Shown here: positions 1-17,483 of the stretch, one piece after another
Layout: each line of letters opens with the position of its first letter
How positions within the stretch are numbered: position 1 is the stretch's first letter
DNA from: Reclinomonas americana ATCC 50394
Lineage: Eukaryota
Direction: 5' to 3'
NCBI GenBank assembly: GCA_048213135.1
Contig: PS015065.1
Location: forward strand, 20,863 to 77,554
DNA length: 56,692 bases
The notes under the pieces: generated by a model
Seen by the model: the letters and a program-made list of their open reading frames with translations, nothing else
Database searches by the model: none
What the model was told of the DNA's origin: nothing
Position numbers and translations under genes: made by a program

Positions 1-65
1 GACGAGGAAGGACGAGACGGAGACGGAGTGGTAGGAGGAGAGTACGAACGACTACGACGTACTAC

Positions 66-231
<166 letters not shown>

Positions 232-307
232 CGCACTCTCTCAGTTGCCCTCTTTCCCTCACCCTTTCCCTCACCCTTTCCCTCACCCTTTCCCTCCCCC
301 ACTCCAG

Positions 308-729
308 CCGGTCGCGACTATGGAAGAGACCGACGCGACGCTGATCGACGCGACCCACGTGACCGCGACTACCGCGACCACCGCGACCGTGGCGTCGATC
401 GGGGTGATCGTGATCGCGACAGAGATCGCGACAGGGAACGAGAGAGGGAGAGGGAGAGAGATCGTGCTGCTCCACCGCCGCCTCCGCCACCACCTCCACC
501 TCCGCCACCACCATCGTCGTCGGCGCTGTCGGGTGCGGCGGCTGCGTTTGAGCCGTCGGCGGCCAGCACAAGGCGTCGTGAGGAGCGTGAGAGTCGCGAG
601 GAGAAAATGCGTGTGCATGAGCGTAGCGATGACGAGGAGGATGAGGAGGATGATGATCAGCCGCACGAGATGACCGAGGAGGAGATCCTCATGGCCATGG
701 GGTTGCCGGCTGGGTTTGATACGAGCAAG
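308..729 (+). CDS. U4/U6.U5 tri-snRNP 27 kDa protein-like (internal exon; remaining exons upstream or in the 1362-1959 gap)
   Basis: RD/RE-rich exon between cag(305-307) and GT(730), ending EMTEEEILMAMGLPAGFDTSK, which resembles the conserved SNRNP27 segment MMxxMGFxxFDSTKGK. Confidence 0.65.
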
Positions 730-1959
730 GTGGGGCAGCGAGAGAGATTGAGAGAGAGGGAGGAGAGGCTATAGATCTCGCCGTTTGCGGTGAGCTGTAA
801 CACGCTGTGATTGCGCTATTCTTGTGATTTTGCTTCTTGCTTGTTTGTACTGTGTCTTTTCTCCACCTGTGATGCTGAGAAATCTCTCCATACTCTCTTC
901 GTCCGCGTTGTGCCCTCTTCCCTTGTGATGCAACTGATACAATCCAGCTGGTGAGTATGCTGATCTCTGTTTCTGTTGTTCCTCCTCTGCCTTCATGGTG
1001 AGATCACTACATTGACACGTCTCCTTCTAGTCTCTCGTTCTCTCGCTCTCATTCTCTCTCTCTGTGTGTGTATGTCTGTCTGTCTCTGTTTACTACTCCT
1101 GTCACTCCTCGCTTTTTGTATCAATTCCTTTCTCTGTAGCTGTTCTTTGGTCTACTATGTGCGTGAGAGAGTGCTCTCGTCGCACATGTGTTTAGGCGTT
1201 GAGCTGTCTTTGTTGTTCCTCCTCCAATCTCGTGCACATTTTGCGCGTCTCACACACACACACACACTCTGTCTGACTTCAGTATTCCTGTCTCTGTTTC
1301 CCTCCCTCCGTCCCTTTCTCTCTCTGTGGCCCTCTCTCTCTCTCTCTCTCTCCTCCTTCGTNNNNNNNNNNNNNNNNNNNNNNNNNNNNNNNNNNNNNNN
1401 NNNNNNNNNNNNNNNNNNNNNNNNNNNNNNNNNNNNNNNNNNNNNNNNNNNNNNNNNNNNNNNNNNNNNNNNNNNNNNNNNNNNNNNNNNNNNNNNNNNN
1501 NNNNNNNNNNNNNNNNNNNNNNNNNNNNNNNNNNNNNNNNNNNNNNNNNNNNNNNNNNNNNNNNNNNNNNNNNNNNNNNNNNNNNNNNNNNNNNNNNNNN
1601 NNNNNNNNNNNNNNNNNNNNNNNNNNNNNNNNNNNNNNNNNNNNNNNNNNNNNNNNNNNNNNNNNNNNNNNNNNNNNNNNNNNNNNNNNNNNNNNNNNNN
1701 NNNNNNNNNNNNNNNNNNNNNNNNNNNNNNNNNNNNNNNNNNNNNNNNNNNNNNNNNNNNNNNNNNNNNNNNNNNNNNNNNNNNNNNNNNNNNNNNNNNN
1801 NNNNNNNNNNNNNNNNNNNNNNNNNNNNNNNNNNNNNNNNNNNNNNNNNNNNNNNNNNNNNNNNNNNNNNNNNNNNNNNNNNNNNNNNNNNNNNNNNNNN
1901 NNNNNNNNNNNNNNNNNNNNNNNNNNNNNNNNNNNNNNNNNNNNNNNNNNNNNNNNNNN

Positions 1960-4900
1960 CTCAAACAGGCGCGCGAACTCGCTCTGGATACCCGAACGCC
2001 GACTCTCGTTGGCCTGCGCACACAAATTCACGTGAGTCATCACCAATAGCCAAGAAAAAGTACGCTGAAGACCACCGCACCACTCCATCCAAAAAGGCCT
2101 CGGCAATCGAGAAATCAACTTGCAATTGCAACGCGTAGGTGAGCGCACGCTGCGTGATGTTGCGCAGTCCCTGGTGTGTCACACGCAGGTTCGGCAGCAG
2201 TGCATTCACGAGGGTGTTGAGACCGAGTGGTGGAGTGCCCTGTGCATTTTTTGGATAAGCGCATCGCACAAAGAATTCACCCTTGAAGTGCAAGCACTCA
2301 CCAGCTGTTGCGCGTACTTGGCCATGGCCTTGACATGCGCCGTCGATAGGCATCGCACGTCCATGGCCGGATCGGAAATCAGCGGCACCAGACGCGGAAT
2401 CAACGTGTCCTGGCATAGCGCCGCCAGCTCGGCCGCGTGAGGCAAATCCTGCACGCACGTCCACCCTTCCGTAAACAACACATGGCATTCTCGCACACTC
2501 CCCGAAAACTCACCTGCGACACGCGGAATGTCGCATGCTTGACCGTCTCCTTGGTGGTCTGTGCGCCAATCAGTCGCAGGCGCTCTGAGCGGCTGCCGAG
2601 CAGATTCAGCAGCAGTGCCGACAAGTCGGCCGACCACGAGCTGTCCTCAAAGATGAACTCGGGGTTGCGGCTGACAATAAAGAACTTGCCGAGCAGGATG
2701 CCGGCCAGCAGTAGCGTGTCCTCGTCGGACGACGACGCCACGTCGAACACGTACTCACTGCAGCGATTCGGTTGCATGAGTACATGGTGAATGGCAGCGC
2801 AGCACGACACGGGTGCCCACACTCACCGCAGAGAGCGACGCAATCGCGGTCCGCCGAGGATATGCACCGCCGCACCAAACACGCCCAGCACGTAGCCACG
2901 CACATCGACCTTGCCGTAATCAAACATGGAGGTGCACGTGTCGACCAGCTCCTCCAGCACCGGTGGCGAGGCCGACGTACCAATCTCCGACAGCGCAATC
3001 TCGGTGGCCTCCAGGATCGACTGCACAGGCAGGGATGAGAGGCCACAAAAAAATCACTGTACTGCTGTGGTCAACGAACCCGCACGATCGGCTGCGACTC
3101 GGTCGACTCCTTCAGCTTGCGAGTCAAGTTGTTCAGCAGCGAGTCCGCCTTGACACTCTCCGGCAGGCTCTCGCACATTTGCCGAATGGCACCCACAGCA
3201 CGATCGCGCACCACGGCCGCCTCTGCAATAAAAAAATCGATAATTAGCATAATAACCTGTCACTTCCCCGTCAAACAGAGCCTTTCCCCACTCACCCTGC
3301 AAGCCCTTCATGAATGTCGTCTGCAACTGCGGCACCGAGCGCTTGATCTCATCGCTCGCGCGCGCAATCAGCTCGGAAATGGTCAACAGCACGTGCGCCT
3401 TCGGTTCCGGCGCAAAGTCCTTGCTGAACACGAACATCAGGCGACTCGTGATGGCAAACGCGCACTTGCGCAGCGCACTCTCGCCGCACGCCTGGTAACA
3501 GGCACACAAACGAGAGCGTAAGAATGCACGCAAACTCTATTCAACCAGCCAGCAGAGGTGTGCGTACCTCCAGCAACTCGCCAATGCCGTACACAGCATG
3601 CTCGCGAACTCGCGATGTGGAACCGTGCACCATGGCATGCAAGTAGATGGGGTACAGCGGCTCGAGACCAGTCTGCAACTTGAGACCCTCCAGCACGCGC
3701 GACGATTCCTGACCCCTGATGCTTGCAGTGTGAGTGGCTTGTCGCACAGCACACACGAAAATAGTCAAGTAACGCACTGGAAGCACAGGGCGTGAATCTC
3801 CTCCTGGATGATCTCAATGTGCTGTGCAAGCTCGTCCTTCTCGACCGTTGCACCCAGCGCATTGAGAACGGCCAGCGCCGCTTCGTTTACCTGCAGCGAC
3901 GATGTGCAGTGAGCAACACGCCGAAGCATACATCAGCGCGTCCACACAGAGACGCAACTCTCTCGTCGGGATCGTTGAACGCGCGCAGAGTGACCACCAA
4001 AATGATTGGCAAGTGTGGTCTGTACATGTCCAAGTTGCCCGCAGCGGTCCACTCGAGCATGCGCACAATGGCAATGCGCCGGCCAGACTGCACCACGGGT
4101 GTCAAATGACATTGCCCTGCATGCATACTGCAAACAAAGCACACATACCTTGTTCTGCTGCAACTCCTCGTTCGCCTCCTCCACCAAGTCACCCACGCAC
4201 TCCGTGTTCAACGAACACACGATGCGTCGGCCGCACGACATAATAACATCGACGTCGGCCCCTGGTCTGTCGACCGAGCTCGCCACCGTGGTCACCATGG
4301 CCGGCAAGATGGTCGGCATGTGCGAGACCAGCGCGTTGGGTGCGCTTTCGGCCACCACAGCCAGCGTTTGCATCTTGGAGGCGTCGAGCACCTCCTTGTC
4401 CAGCAAACGCGGCAGCAGGTAGGCCAGCACGGCAGCGGCGCGAGAGCGCAGCAGCTGCTGCAGTCCGCGGCGGGCGGTATCGACGCCATTGATGACGTCC
4501 GAGATCAGCGTCGGCAACACCTCCTCCATGATGCGCACACCAATGGCCTTGTTCAGCGCCGTGAACAGCTCGGCCGCGGCCTTTTGAATCTGTGAAATGT
4601 GTGAGAACGCTGGTTCTCGCCACTGCACAACGAGGACTCGTCACGAAACGTCGCTGTTCTCGGAGCAAATCGAATCGCGCAGCACCGGCACCACATCCTT
4701 CAGCAGTGAAGGTACGTGGCGCTTGGCGTTGCGGACGAGCTCAGTGAGACCGAGGCAAGCGCCCTGGCGAGTGGGAATGTCGCGGTCGCGTGAGGCGCGC
4801 ACCAGAGCCGGCACGAGGTCGGGAATAATGTGCTCCGGCATCTTGACCACCAGCTCGGCAATCGTTCGACCGGCCATGTGTGTGCGTTCCTGCCAGCACA

Positions 4901-7900
4901 TGACATACATGTTGGTGAGACACCAGCCACAGGCGGGCAACGCAGACGGACACACAAACCTCCGACGCCGTGGCAATGCCGGCCACCATGGGCATGCCGT
5001 CGGGACCGTACACGACACGAATGCCAGAGGAGCCATCGTCGGGCTCCGCCGGCTCATCGTCCGAATCGCCGTCCTCGTCACTGCCCTCGCCGTCTTCGTC
5101 TTTCGGTGCCTTCTCGACATGCACACACATACAGTCGTGAGAAACAACCCAATCGGTGGCATCCGCTGCACAAGCGAAGAGATAGCACACACCGGTGAAT
5201 CGACAAAGTTCGAGAGAAGAATGTCGGGTGACATTGAAAGCGAGGCCACGAGAAGCTGCGTGAGTTGCGGCAGGATCGCGCGGACCATGCGCGGCGTGTT
5301 GTCCACCAGCATGTGCCACACGTGATGGGCGGCCTGGGCCACCGGCGGCTGCACGTCCGCATGCAGCATGTACAGCGTGCTCAGCAGCATGTGCAGGCGC
5401 TCCTGGCCCATTTGCTGCGTCAGCGTGTCCATGTCGTTGCTCGAGCTGCGCGTGTTTGCCATCAGGTCGTTGATGTCCTCGAACTCCTTCGGCTCCTTGC
5501 TGCGGTGCAACACCTGGGCCAGCAGGTCGCCGAGCAGGGTGACTGACGCGACGCGGATCTTCCAGTTGTCCTCCAACAAGTTCTTCTCCAGACGCGGCAA
5601 AATGACCATGAACGACGACTGGCCGTGCGCATCGACAATGACTTGGCCAGCCTTGAGAGCGGTGGCGCGCACCGACTCTGCATGGTGGATGAGACACAGA
5701 TTCTGTGGACACACACAAATAGGAAGCATCGTCAAACCTTGTTCGTCGGAGAGACCGACCAGCACCTCGGGCAGCACGCGCGGCAAAAAGTCGAGGAACT
5801 CGTCCTTGAGCGCCAACGGCAGGTACGCCAGCACCTGCAAGTGCGCCTCGCGCACCGACGGCACTGGGTCGCGAGTGTTCTCCAAAATGTCGGGCAGCAG
5901 CTGCTCCAGACGAGCAAGGCCTGGCGACGGAGAAGAAATGTGAGCACTGCAGAATCGACGAGAGCATTCGTATACATGACAGCAACAAACCGATAGCCAC
6001 CGTGACCTCGCAGAAGCCCTGGGCGGCACCGGAGCGGTCCGAAGCGTTGGTGTGATCCTTTCGCAATTGCTCCAACAGCCAGTCGAGCAGTGACGGGAAC
6101 GAGGACTCGCCAAGTCCGTGCACCAACTCGCCGAGTGCTGCGAGAGCGCACAGCTATCACTATCCTGAAAGGAGACAACAGGAAAACAAAAAACATACCA
6201 CGCGCAGCAATAGCTCGCACATCGGGCACTGGATCCACCAGCGCCGCCTTCAGCGGCTCCACCACACTCTCCAGATACGGCACCATATCTTGCGTCTGCG
6301 TAATCAGTGTGCTCATGCTGCCCACCACCTGCACGCACATAGTGCGTTAGTGGATCGTATTGTACGTGCCACTCTGCGCATGACACGCACCTGCGCAGCC
6401 TTGCGTTTCACTTCCGTGCTGCGATCCTTCAGCGCGCGAATGAGTAGCGGCATGATGAGCGCCAGCGACGGCGCATCAATCGTGTGGATGAAGCGAATTG
6501 AGAGCAGAATGTCGAGGGCGCGCTTGGTATGATCGGCTGCGGAAACACGCCATAGTCAGTTGCTTGTCGCGATCATGCCACGCACCACCACCACAATAAT
6601 CGACAACGTACCTGGGTTACTGACGGCGTCGATCAAGGCAGGCACGTGCGCCTGAATCTCCGGATTGCCGACCACACCACCGACACGCCGCAGCGCCTCC
6701 TTGGCGTACGAAGCGACTTCTGGGTGCGAGTCCTTGGAGGCTGTGGCCAGTGGCGGCACCAACGTGGGCAGGCAAGCAGACAGCTGCTTGGGAGCGCAGT
6801 AGGCCATGGCACCCATCATCTCAATGGCACCCTGTATTCCGCCGACATTGGGTGAGTGGCTTGGGTAGTGAAGGAAACGAAGATGGCTGGAGTGAGAGAC
6901 AACGCAACGCATTTCGAGCGCCACGACTTGTCCTCGACGCCGCGCAGCAGAATCGGCACAATCATCTTCACGCCGTGCACTGACAGATTGCTCATGAGAA
7001 CGCGCACAGTGTCCTCGCTGGCCTCGCGAATCGCATTCGACGGGTCGCCACGCGCCGCCAAAATGTGCGGCAACAGCGGCATGATGAACGGCTCAAACAG
7101 CTGCTTGAGCACGCGGGACAGGCACTCGACGGCCATCAGGGCACCCTCCTTGGCCGCCAGCGTCTTTTCGCGCAAACTCTTCTCCAGGTACTGTGAGGGG
7201 GAGGCAATCATGGGGTGTGAGAGACGGGTGGTGGCAAATGTTGGGCGTCTTCTTGCCACTCACATCCAAAATTTCCATGTTCTTCAGCGACATGTAACCC
7301 ATGCCCTTGACCAGACCGGCCAGACCGAAAGCGGCACCACGGCGCGCGGGATATGAGTCTGTGTTGCGAGTTGGTGAGATTCGGTGGTGTGTGGGAGGGA
7401 ACAGGGCTGAGGGAGAAAGAAGGAGAAAGGGAAAGGGAGAGGGGGAGAAGGGGGAAGGAAAGGGGGAGGGAAAAGGGGGAAGGAACCGGGCCGGCGGGGG
7501 GGGGGGGGGGGTAGGGGTAGGAGGAGACGACGAAACGAAACGAACGACGACGACGACGACGACGACGACGAAGAAGTGCGTAGAACTAAACAAGNNNNNN
7601 NNNNNNNNNNNNNNNNNNNNNNNNNNNNNNNNNNNNNNNNNNNNNNNNNNNNNNNNNNNNNNNNNNNNNNNNNNNNNNNNNNNNNNNNNNNNNNNNNNNN
7701 NNNNNNNNNNNNNNNNNNNNNNNNNNNNNNNNNNNNNNNNNNNNNNNNNNNNNNNNNNNNNNNNNNNNNNNNNNNNNNNNNNNNNNNNNNNNNNNNNNNN
7801 NNNNNNNNNNNNNNNNNNNNNNNNNNNNNNNNNNNNNNNNNNNNNNNNNNNNNNNNNNNNNNNNNNNNNNNNNNNNNNNNNNNNNNNNNNNNNNNNNNNN

Positions 7901-10900
7901 NNNNNNNNNNNNNNNNNNNNNNNNNNNNNNNNNNNNNNNNNNNNNNNNNNNNNNNNNNNNNNNNNNNNNNNNNNNNNNNNNNNNNNNNNNNNNNNNNNNN
8001 NNNNNNNNNNNNNNNNNNNNNNNNNNNNNNNNNNNNNNNNNNNNNNNNNNNNNNNNNNNNNNNNNNNNNNNNNNNNNNNNNNNNNNNNNNNNNNNNNNNN
8101 NNNNNNNNNNNNNNNNNNNNNNNNNNNNNNNNNNNNNNNNNNNNNNNNNNNNNNNNNNNNNNNNNNNNNNNNNNNNNNNNNNNNNNNNNNNNNNNNNNNN
8201 NNNNNNNNNNNNNNNNNNNNNNNNNNNNNNNNNNNNNNNNNNNNNNNNNNNNNNNNNNNNNNNNNNNNNNNNNNNNNNNNNNNNNNNNNNNNNNNNNNNN
8301 NNNNNNNNNNNNNNNNNNNNNNNNNNNNNNNNNNNNNNNNNNNNNNNNNNNNNNNNNNNNNNNNNNNNNNNNNGGGTGGGAGAGCGTGAGAGGAGAGGAG
8401 AGAGAGAGAGAGAGGAGGAGGAGGAGGAGGAGGAGGAGGAGGAGGAGGACGCGGAGGGGGGGGGGGGTTGGAAAAGTGAGACTGACCAAAAAAGACACCG
8501 AGCACATGCGCAGCGAAAGATGCTGATAACAATGGACAAATAATGCAAGACTTCGCATCCACGTAGAGGAGTAACAAGGACACAAGCAGACGCACTCACA
8601 CCTCGCAACCTGGACTCAACTCTCTCCCTCCCCTTCCCCTCTTCTCCCTCTCTATCTCCCACCCAACGCACCACCCGACGACAGCGTGGCAAACAAGCGC
8701 TTCAGAACTTGCGCCGCTCGCGATGACACGGCAGACGCCGTCATCAGCGGCGACATGCACAGCGCCACTTGCGTCTGCACGTCCTGACTGGGCGTGCCCA
8801 ACGCATCGAGCAGGCGGCTGAAGATGGCCCACACCTACAACAAGTGAAATAAGTGAGCTCATTGCAGCCGCCCTTCGCTTTCCTTCCATCGCACCTTGTC
8901 ACTGTCGCCGTCCAAGTGAATGGCCAGACTGCCGAGGAATACCACCACGCTGCTGACTGCAAAATCGGAGCCGCGGTCCGGACCATCCAGGAACATTTCA
9001 AAGAGCGGCAGCAGCAACGCCACATTCTGTCGGCCGTGCTCCTTGATGTGCTTTTGACCGGCCTGCACGTACGAATCACGTGAGTCGACGCATCGAGTAT
9101 GTTGATAACGGCACAGGCCACACGAACCTCCACCATGCGCTCGCGCACCAACGCGCTCTTGTCAAAGAGCGCCTTGGAGATGAAGAACGTGAAGAGCACC
9201 GGCAGGTTGGCCGGCGTCAAGGCGCGCGGCAGTTCGGCCAACACAGAGGCAATGCCGACACGCGCATGCTCCTCCGTGTCCTGCGCGAACTGCGCCAACG
9301 AGCCTTCCATGATTGGCAGCTGGTGGGGGAATACAACTGGGTGAGTTTGCGTGAGCACTCAGTGAATGGCAGGACGGACACGCAAGACCTTTTCCGTGTA
9401 CAGGGCAAACAGGCGGGAGAGGGTGGCGCCGGCTGTCTCTGGGTACTCGCCGAGAGCACGCAAAAACGCTTGACCGACAAGGGTGCGGATCGAGTCCTCG
9501 CGCGTGCCCATCAAAATGTCGAGCAGCACCGAGCAGTAGTCGGTGGCTAATGCTGGGCGTGAGAGACCAACAACAACACACGCACGACGACAAGGAGGAG
9601 CGACGGACGCAACTCAGCGGCTTGCCATACTGTCGCCACACTTGCTGGGCCGCATCGGCCGCATGAACGTCACGCTCGCCGCACGCCAGCCACAAGCGAA
9701 TGTGGAAGAGGTGCAGCGACGATGGCACCTTTTGCTCCACGCCGGTCAAGTCGTCCTCGTTGACCTCGTCGGCACGACCAAACACTCGCAGACCCACAGC
9801 CGCAGTGGTGCGCACATGCTGTTGGGCACTGAGGAGGCTGGAGAGGAACGGCTCCAGTGCGTTGAGCGTCGGTGCCAGGTTCTGCGCCAGTGCGAGCAGG
9901 CACCAGCGAGCGCGTGGATGCAGCATGGGAATACCGGCAGACAGCACGTGGAAGAGTGTCTTGCAAGCGGCCTTGGGGAACGGGAAGTTCTCCCACTCCA
10001 CATGCAACGCAAGGGCGTCGAGCACGGCCTGGTGCTCCGGCACACCCCAGTGGCCTACAAATTCAAACAAGGGTGTTCAGAAAGCAGCAGTGAGGCGTTC
10101 GGAAGCGGCAAATGCGCGCACCGAGCAAAATAGTCTCCAGCAGCGGGTACGTGATAGTGAATGGAATGTACTCCATCTGGTTGAGGGCAGTCATCTTCTC
10201 GAACACAACGGCCAACATCTCCGGCTCCGAGTCCTGCAGCACAAGGCCAAGGATGGTGAGGACAGTGCGAAGGGAATAGAAGAATGAGGGAGGGAACTCA
10301 CCGACTCGCATCGCGTGTCGTCGAGCTTGTCGCCGACCAAGCTGCATATCCACGTGGTGAGCAGTTAGTCGCGTAAGACACATGTGACACAAAGACGTAC
10401 CGAATGAGCAAGCGCACGACCAGTTCGAGGAACGGTGCCACCCATCCTTGCACCGACGCCAAATGCAACAACATGGCCGCCGCACGCTTGTGCAGGAACG
10501 GTGACGACAACTGGTGCACGGCCATGTCGACCAGCGTCGTCATGAACGGCTTGAGGATGCCGGGCACTGAGCGGACAATGAAGCCGAGTGCCTGCACATT
10601 CACACTGCAAGTGTGAAACAAAAAGTATTGCTGACAATCAGGATGCAACGAACACACCTCCAACACGGCGCCAGCGCGGTCGGCAGCAGCCAGAATCGGG
10701 CGACGGATCTCGGCCTCCTCGGCACGCACTTGCTCAATCAGCTTCTCCAGACGAGCTTCGGGAGTCTGTGTATATTCAATCAACACAATCAGCGCCATGT
10801 TCACCGCAACACGGCTGAAAAAGGCGCGCGAACGCAACATCTCCACGCTTGCGGGCCTGCTCGCGACGAATCTCGGCCTCCCACGCATCGTCCTGTAAAT

Positions 10901-13900
10901 GATACTTGGTTGAGCAGCGCATTCCTTTCTCTCCAGATGAGATCCTCGTCGCACGCAACTGCAGCCTTGCCCTTCTTGCCAGCCGCCGCCGGAGCACCCT
11001 TCTTGCCTCCCGCCGCGGCAGCCGCCGGCTTCTTCTTCTTGTCCTCTTCGTCGGCGACATCGCGAATCGACACTGTGAGGAAGAAAGTGAGTGCCTCAGC
11101 AAAAAGAACAGGCTGCCAGACGAGGTGAGAATCGCACCTTTGCGGTACATCTCGCCCACCGGTGTCAGCGCAATGGCCAATTCCGTGCTGGAGAGACGCG
11201 ACAAAACATCACGCTCGTTCTGGAACTTGTGCGCAAGGCGCGGGAACAGCTCCTTCAGCACCGCCGCACCACCAAGTTCACACAGCGAGCTGAGTGCCAG
11301 GAATGCCGCACGACGTGTGAAGCGAGCCGTGGAACCCAGCGCGTCGTCCGACACCAACAGGTTGACGGTGGTGTCCACGTGGCCGAGAACCAGCAGCAGG
11401 AGACGGGAGCCCTGCACAAATTACCAGAGATGGTGGTGAGACGACGCGAAAAAAAGGAAGGAGAAGAAGAGAAGACTCAAGTCACCTCGCGAGCGACGAG
11501 ACGCGACCAGAGAGTCTCGCCTGCGCGGTGAGCCTCGGTGGTCACGTGCGACGGATCGAAAGTCGGTGACAGGAACTCGGTGTGTGTGCACATAAGCAGG
11601 GCGCCCGGCAACATTGGGTGCGTGTGCAGAATGTCGGGTGACGGCAGCGGCATGGTGGCGAGCAGGAGCGCGCCGAGACGAGAAAAATTGCGATTGAGAG
11701 GTGCCACTCCAGATCCCGAACCTAAAACCACACCTCCATCAACAGAAAGCACATTGTGTGCGCACTTTTGTGACAACGACACTCACCACCAGCACCAGCG
11801 GCAGGTGCCGCCGCAGATGACGACGATCCCGACCCCGATGCACCACCAGCTGACTCGGCGGCCACCTGCAGTGGCGTCGTCAGCAGCCGGCGGCGGCACT
11901 CGTCGGCATGAGCGGCCACGGCAGGTGCCTCGGCGGCCACGAATTCAGCAATCGTCACTGTCAACTCAGCCGACACAAAAGCCGCCGTCTCGGTCTCACC
12001 CCTGGAATTCAAGTAGATGCCCAGCTGCTTGCACGCGGCCACGGCGGCACGAGGCACTGCCCACTGCATGTGCGTGGCCAGCTGCACCCATATCAACCAC
12101 AGGCTGCGTATAGATAAGACGAGGAGGGCGTCAGAAGGATGGGGTTTTTCGGGAGAACGTCAACGACATGATTGCAGACGTACTTTTTCCGTTGTGCGGC
12201 ACCGCGCACGAGCGGGAATGCGTATCGCACAAGACCGTCGAGGACGCGCACCAGCACCAAACCCGTGTTGACGTCGCACCGACCAGCCTGCTCCACACCG
12301 AGGCCGAGGAAACCGTTGCCGCCGCCCTTCTTCTTGCCAAACAAGGCCGGTCCCAGCGGTGAGGTCGACAGGTCTGCGTCGCCACCATTCAGCGAAAAAG
12401 GGCAGAAAAGTAAAGAATCATGGATGGCACCACCCAGAACTCACCCAGTCGCGACTCGCCAGGGTAGAGGAGACGCACAAGCACACCGAGTGCGTGGGCT
12501 GTCTGCGAAAACAGCACAGGTCGCTCTGCGTTGGTGTTGACAAAGGCCACCAGGGGCTCCGACAGCTGCGCAACGGCCTGTGGTGATATGGGAGAAATAA
12601 AGAGTGAGAAGGAGGATAGACAGACAAGGCGGCAAAGCTCACTTCCAGAAAGATAACTCACCGCCAGCCGAAACTCGGTGGAGAACTCACAACCACTCGC
12701 CACTGCCGTCGAGTACGAGGCAAACACCTCAGCCGACACACCGTCGACACGATTGAGCGTGCGCTTGTAGTTGTCGATCAGACGCGCCGGCGGGGCGGCC
12801 GACGACAGAGAAGTCCACTCGTGCAACGCTCGCGACGCAGCCCAGTGCACCATGGGGTTGTCTGCGGGGGTGATCGCCGGCGTGAACACAGGCAAGCACG
12901 GGGGCAAAGATAAACAAAAAAATGGCGCAACTCTCTTCCGCCAGATAGGTTGCAATGGCGGCGAGAACGGGCTCGCTGATTTGCGCACGATCGGCCGGCA
13001 GCAACGCAGACGATGTGAGGAGGAGAGAGCAGCGACCCAGGGTACCAATAACGGCGTCCTTGGCCACTGGCGTGGTCGCCTGGCCACCGCTCACACGGTC
13101 ACACAGGGCGGCAAGCGCAGGGGCGACGACGGCGGGGGAGTTGCAGTGGGCGAGGAGTTGTGCGATCGACACGGAGCCGTGCACGCGGTACACGGGGGCC
13201 TGTGGGAGGAAGGGGAAGGGAGAAGGGGTAAGGAGAGAGGGGGAAAGGGGGTGGGGGAGGGGGGCATCAGTGACTGACACCTCACAAGAAGGCTGTCCCT
13301 CAAATATCTCTCAACTCACTCCTCTCCTCTCGCTCCTGCAGCTTGAAGTTTCTCAAAGATTGGTAACCCTCGCCCTCCCTCATTCTCTTGCTACTGTCTC
13401 GCGATGATTCACCCATTTCACTCCTTTCTTTCAGTTTCTCGTGATTTGTACTCTTCGCCCTCTCACTACTGTCTTTCGATACTGCTCCTCGAACACCCTC
13501 ATCCCTCCCGCGTCACGCACTGGTCCGACTGTGCTCTCAAATCATCTCCTCACTCTCCCTCACTCTCCATTCTGTCGCTGCTTCTTCTCGACACCCTCTT
13601 CGCCCTCTGACCCTGCTCTCCCGTTTTCCTTAGACTCCTGCTTCTCCCCTCTTCACTGTCGCTTTCCCTCCCAAATCACGCACTGACCTCAATTTCCTCC
13701 TGAAACACTCCGCTCTCTCTCTCTCTCTCGCCGCCTCCCTCAACACCCTTCTCTCTCCCTCTCACCTCCATCGTCAGGAACGCCAACATCTGGCTATACA
13801 GCGAGTCACGCGCGGTCGAGCAGAACGGCGCCGTGTCGCACGTCAGGTGGGCCAGCAGCGCGGGAATGATTGGTGCCACCTTCTCGCCCGAGCGTTTGCA

Positions 13901-15200
13901 CGACTTGAGAATGTTGGGCACCAGTGTCTGCATCACGCGCGCCACGCATCAGTCACCGGGTCACCTGTGCGCCATGCGCTTCTACATAAAAAAAGAAACC
14001 TCTGCAAACTCCTGCGTCGTCAGCAGCGCCAGCATCGGTGCCAGCTGCCCGACATGATGCGGCTGCCAGTCATCCTGCGGCGCCGCGAGGATCTTGTTGA
14101 TAAACTCGATAAACACATTCTGCACGACCAATGGTGAGCCCCGATTCACTCACGGACAACTGCACCACACCGCACCTTGTACTCAGAGATCAAATCCACA
14201 AAACGCTTGCCTCGTCGCGCCAACGACAACACAACGCCCATGGCGCGCGTGAGTCGCACGCACGGTGGCGAGCTCGCAAACACGTCCATAAAGATCGGAA
14301 TCAGGTTCGGATGCTGCATGCACTCATGTAAGGACCGATATGCTTGCCTGCCTGCTCGTCCTTCTTCCTCCTCCTGCTTACCTCTGCCAACGCACGACGC
14401 AGCAGCTTGTCGGCCTTGCAGTCCTTCGCCGAGCCTCCCATCTCCGCAATCACTGCACTTGTCCACAGCGCCAGCTCGCCCAACCGTGCACGATCCACAC
14501 AATGCGACATCATCATACACAAGAAGCGAATCATCTGCACGCCCGCCACGCGACACCATTGCACGGATGCGGGCAAAGTCAAGTTGGAAGCCACGATCGG
14601 CGTCGACGCAAACAGGCTGTGCATGAGCGCGGGAATGCATTCGGGCGAGCGCGCCAGGAACCACTCCACGAGATGATCAATGTGCTTTTGTGTGTGGCGA
14701 CCTGGGATGTGCAGGCGAGAGTACTCCAGCAGCTCCGCGATGCCTTCCACACTCAGCAACTCTTCCTCTGTGACAACGGGGGAGAAGAGACAAGGGAGGG
14801 ACATGTGCATCAGCACCAACAACAACACACAAGCGTGCCACTGGGAAGCGAGCAAAGAGCAGAGCAGGCGCGCGCGTGCATCCGTGTGCATGCATCACAC
14901 ATGCACAGAGGGAGAGAGAGTGCGTGTACAAGAGAGCGTGCAAGTGGGCAGCCATTTCCGGCCCCCCGTTTTTCTCATCTGCAGCACGGCGTAACTGTTC
15001 TCGTAGAGTGCGTCGATGACACGCGTCGCCTCGGCACCCGAGTCGCCGCAGAGTGCGTGGACATTCATTGAAGTTGATTGAAATCAGGGTCACCGCCACC
15101 CGCGTCGCTGAAGTGGAATTTGCCAAACGGGGTAACCCGACCCGGATATTGTACTGCGCCACAGTCGTGGCTTCCGGGGCACTATCAGCCGTGGCATTCC
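1960..15200 (-). CDS. GCN1: GCN1 translational activator (HEAT-repeat GCN2 activator), multi-exon; start approximate, 3' end runs into a gap
   Basis: Spliced exons give hallmark segments: [112 protein letters not shown]. Confidence 0.93.
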
Positions 15201-15365
15201 ATGTCTGCTAGGCAACGTTCTTTCTCCATTACCCTAGAGTGCTTGCATTCATTTTTCGCGGATCCAGATTTTTTTTTGGTGTGGATCGGCAAACCAAGTG
15301 TTCATTCACCATCCGCGACGACTATTAACTACAATTACTTGTCTCGTCTCCGGCACCGCCAGCGC

Positions 15366-17483
<2,118 letters not shown>
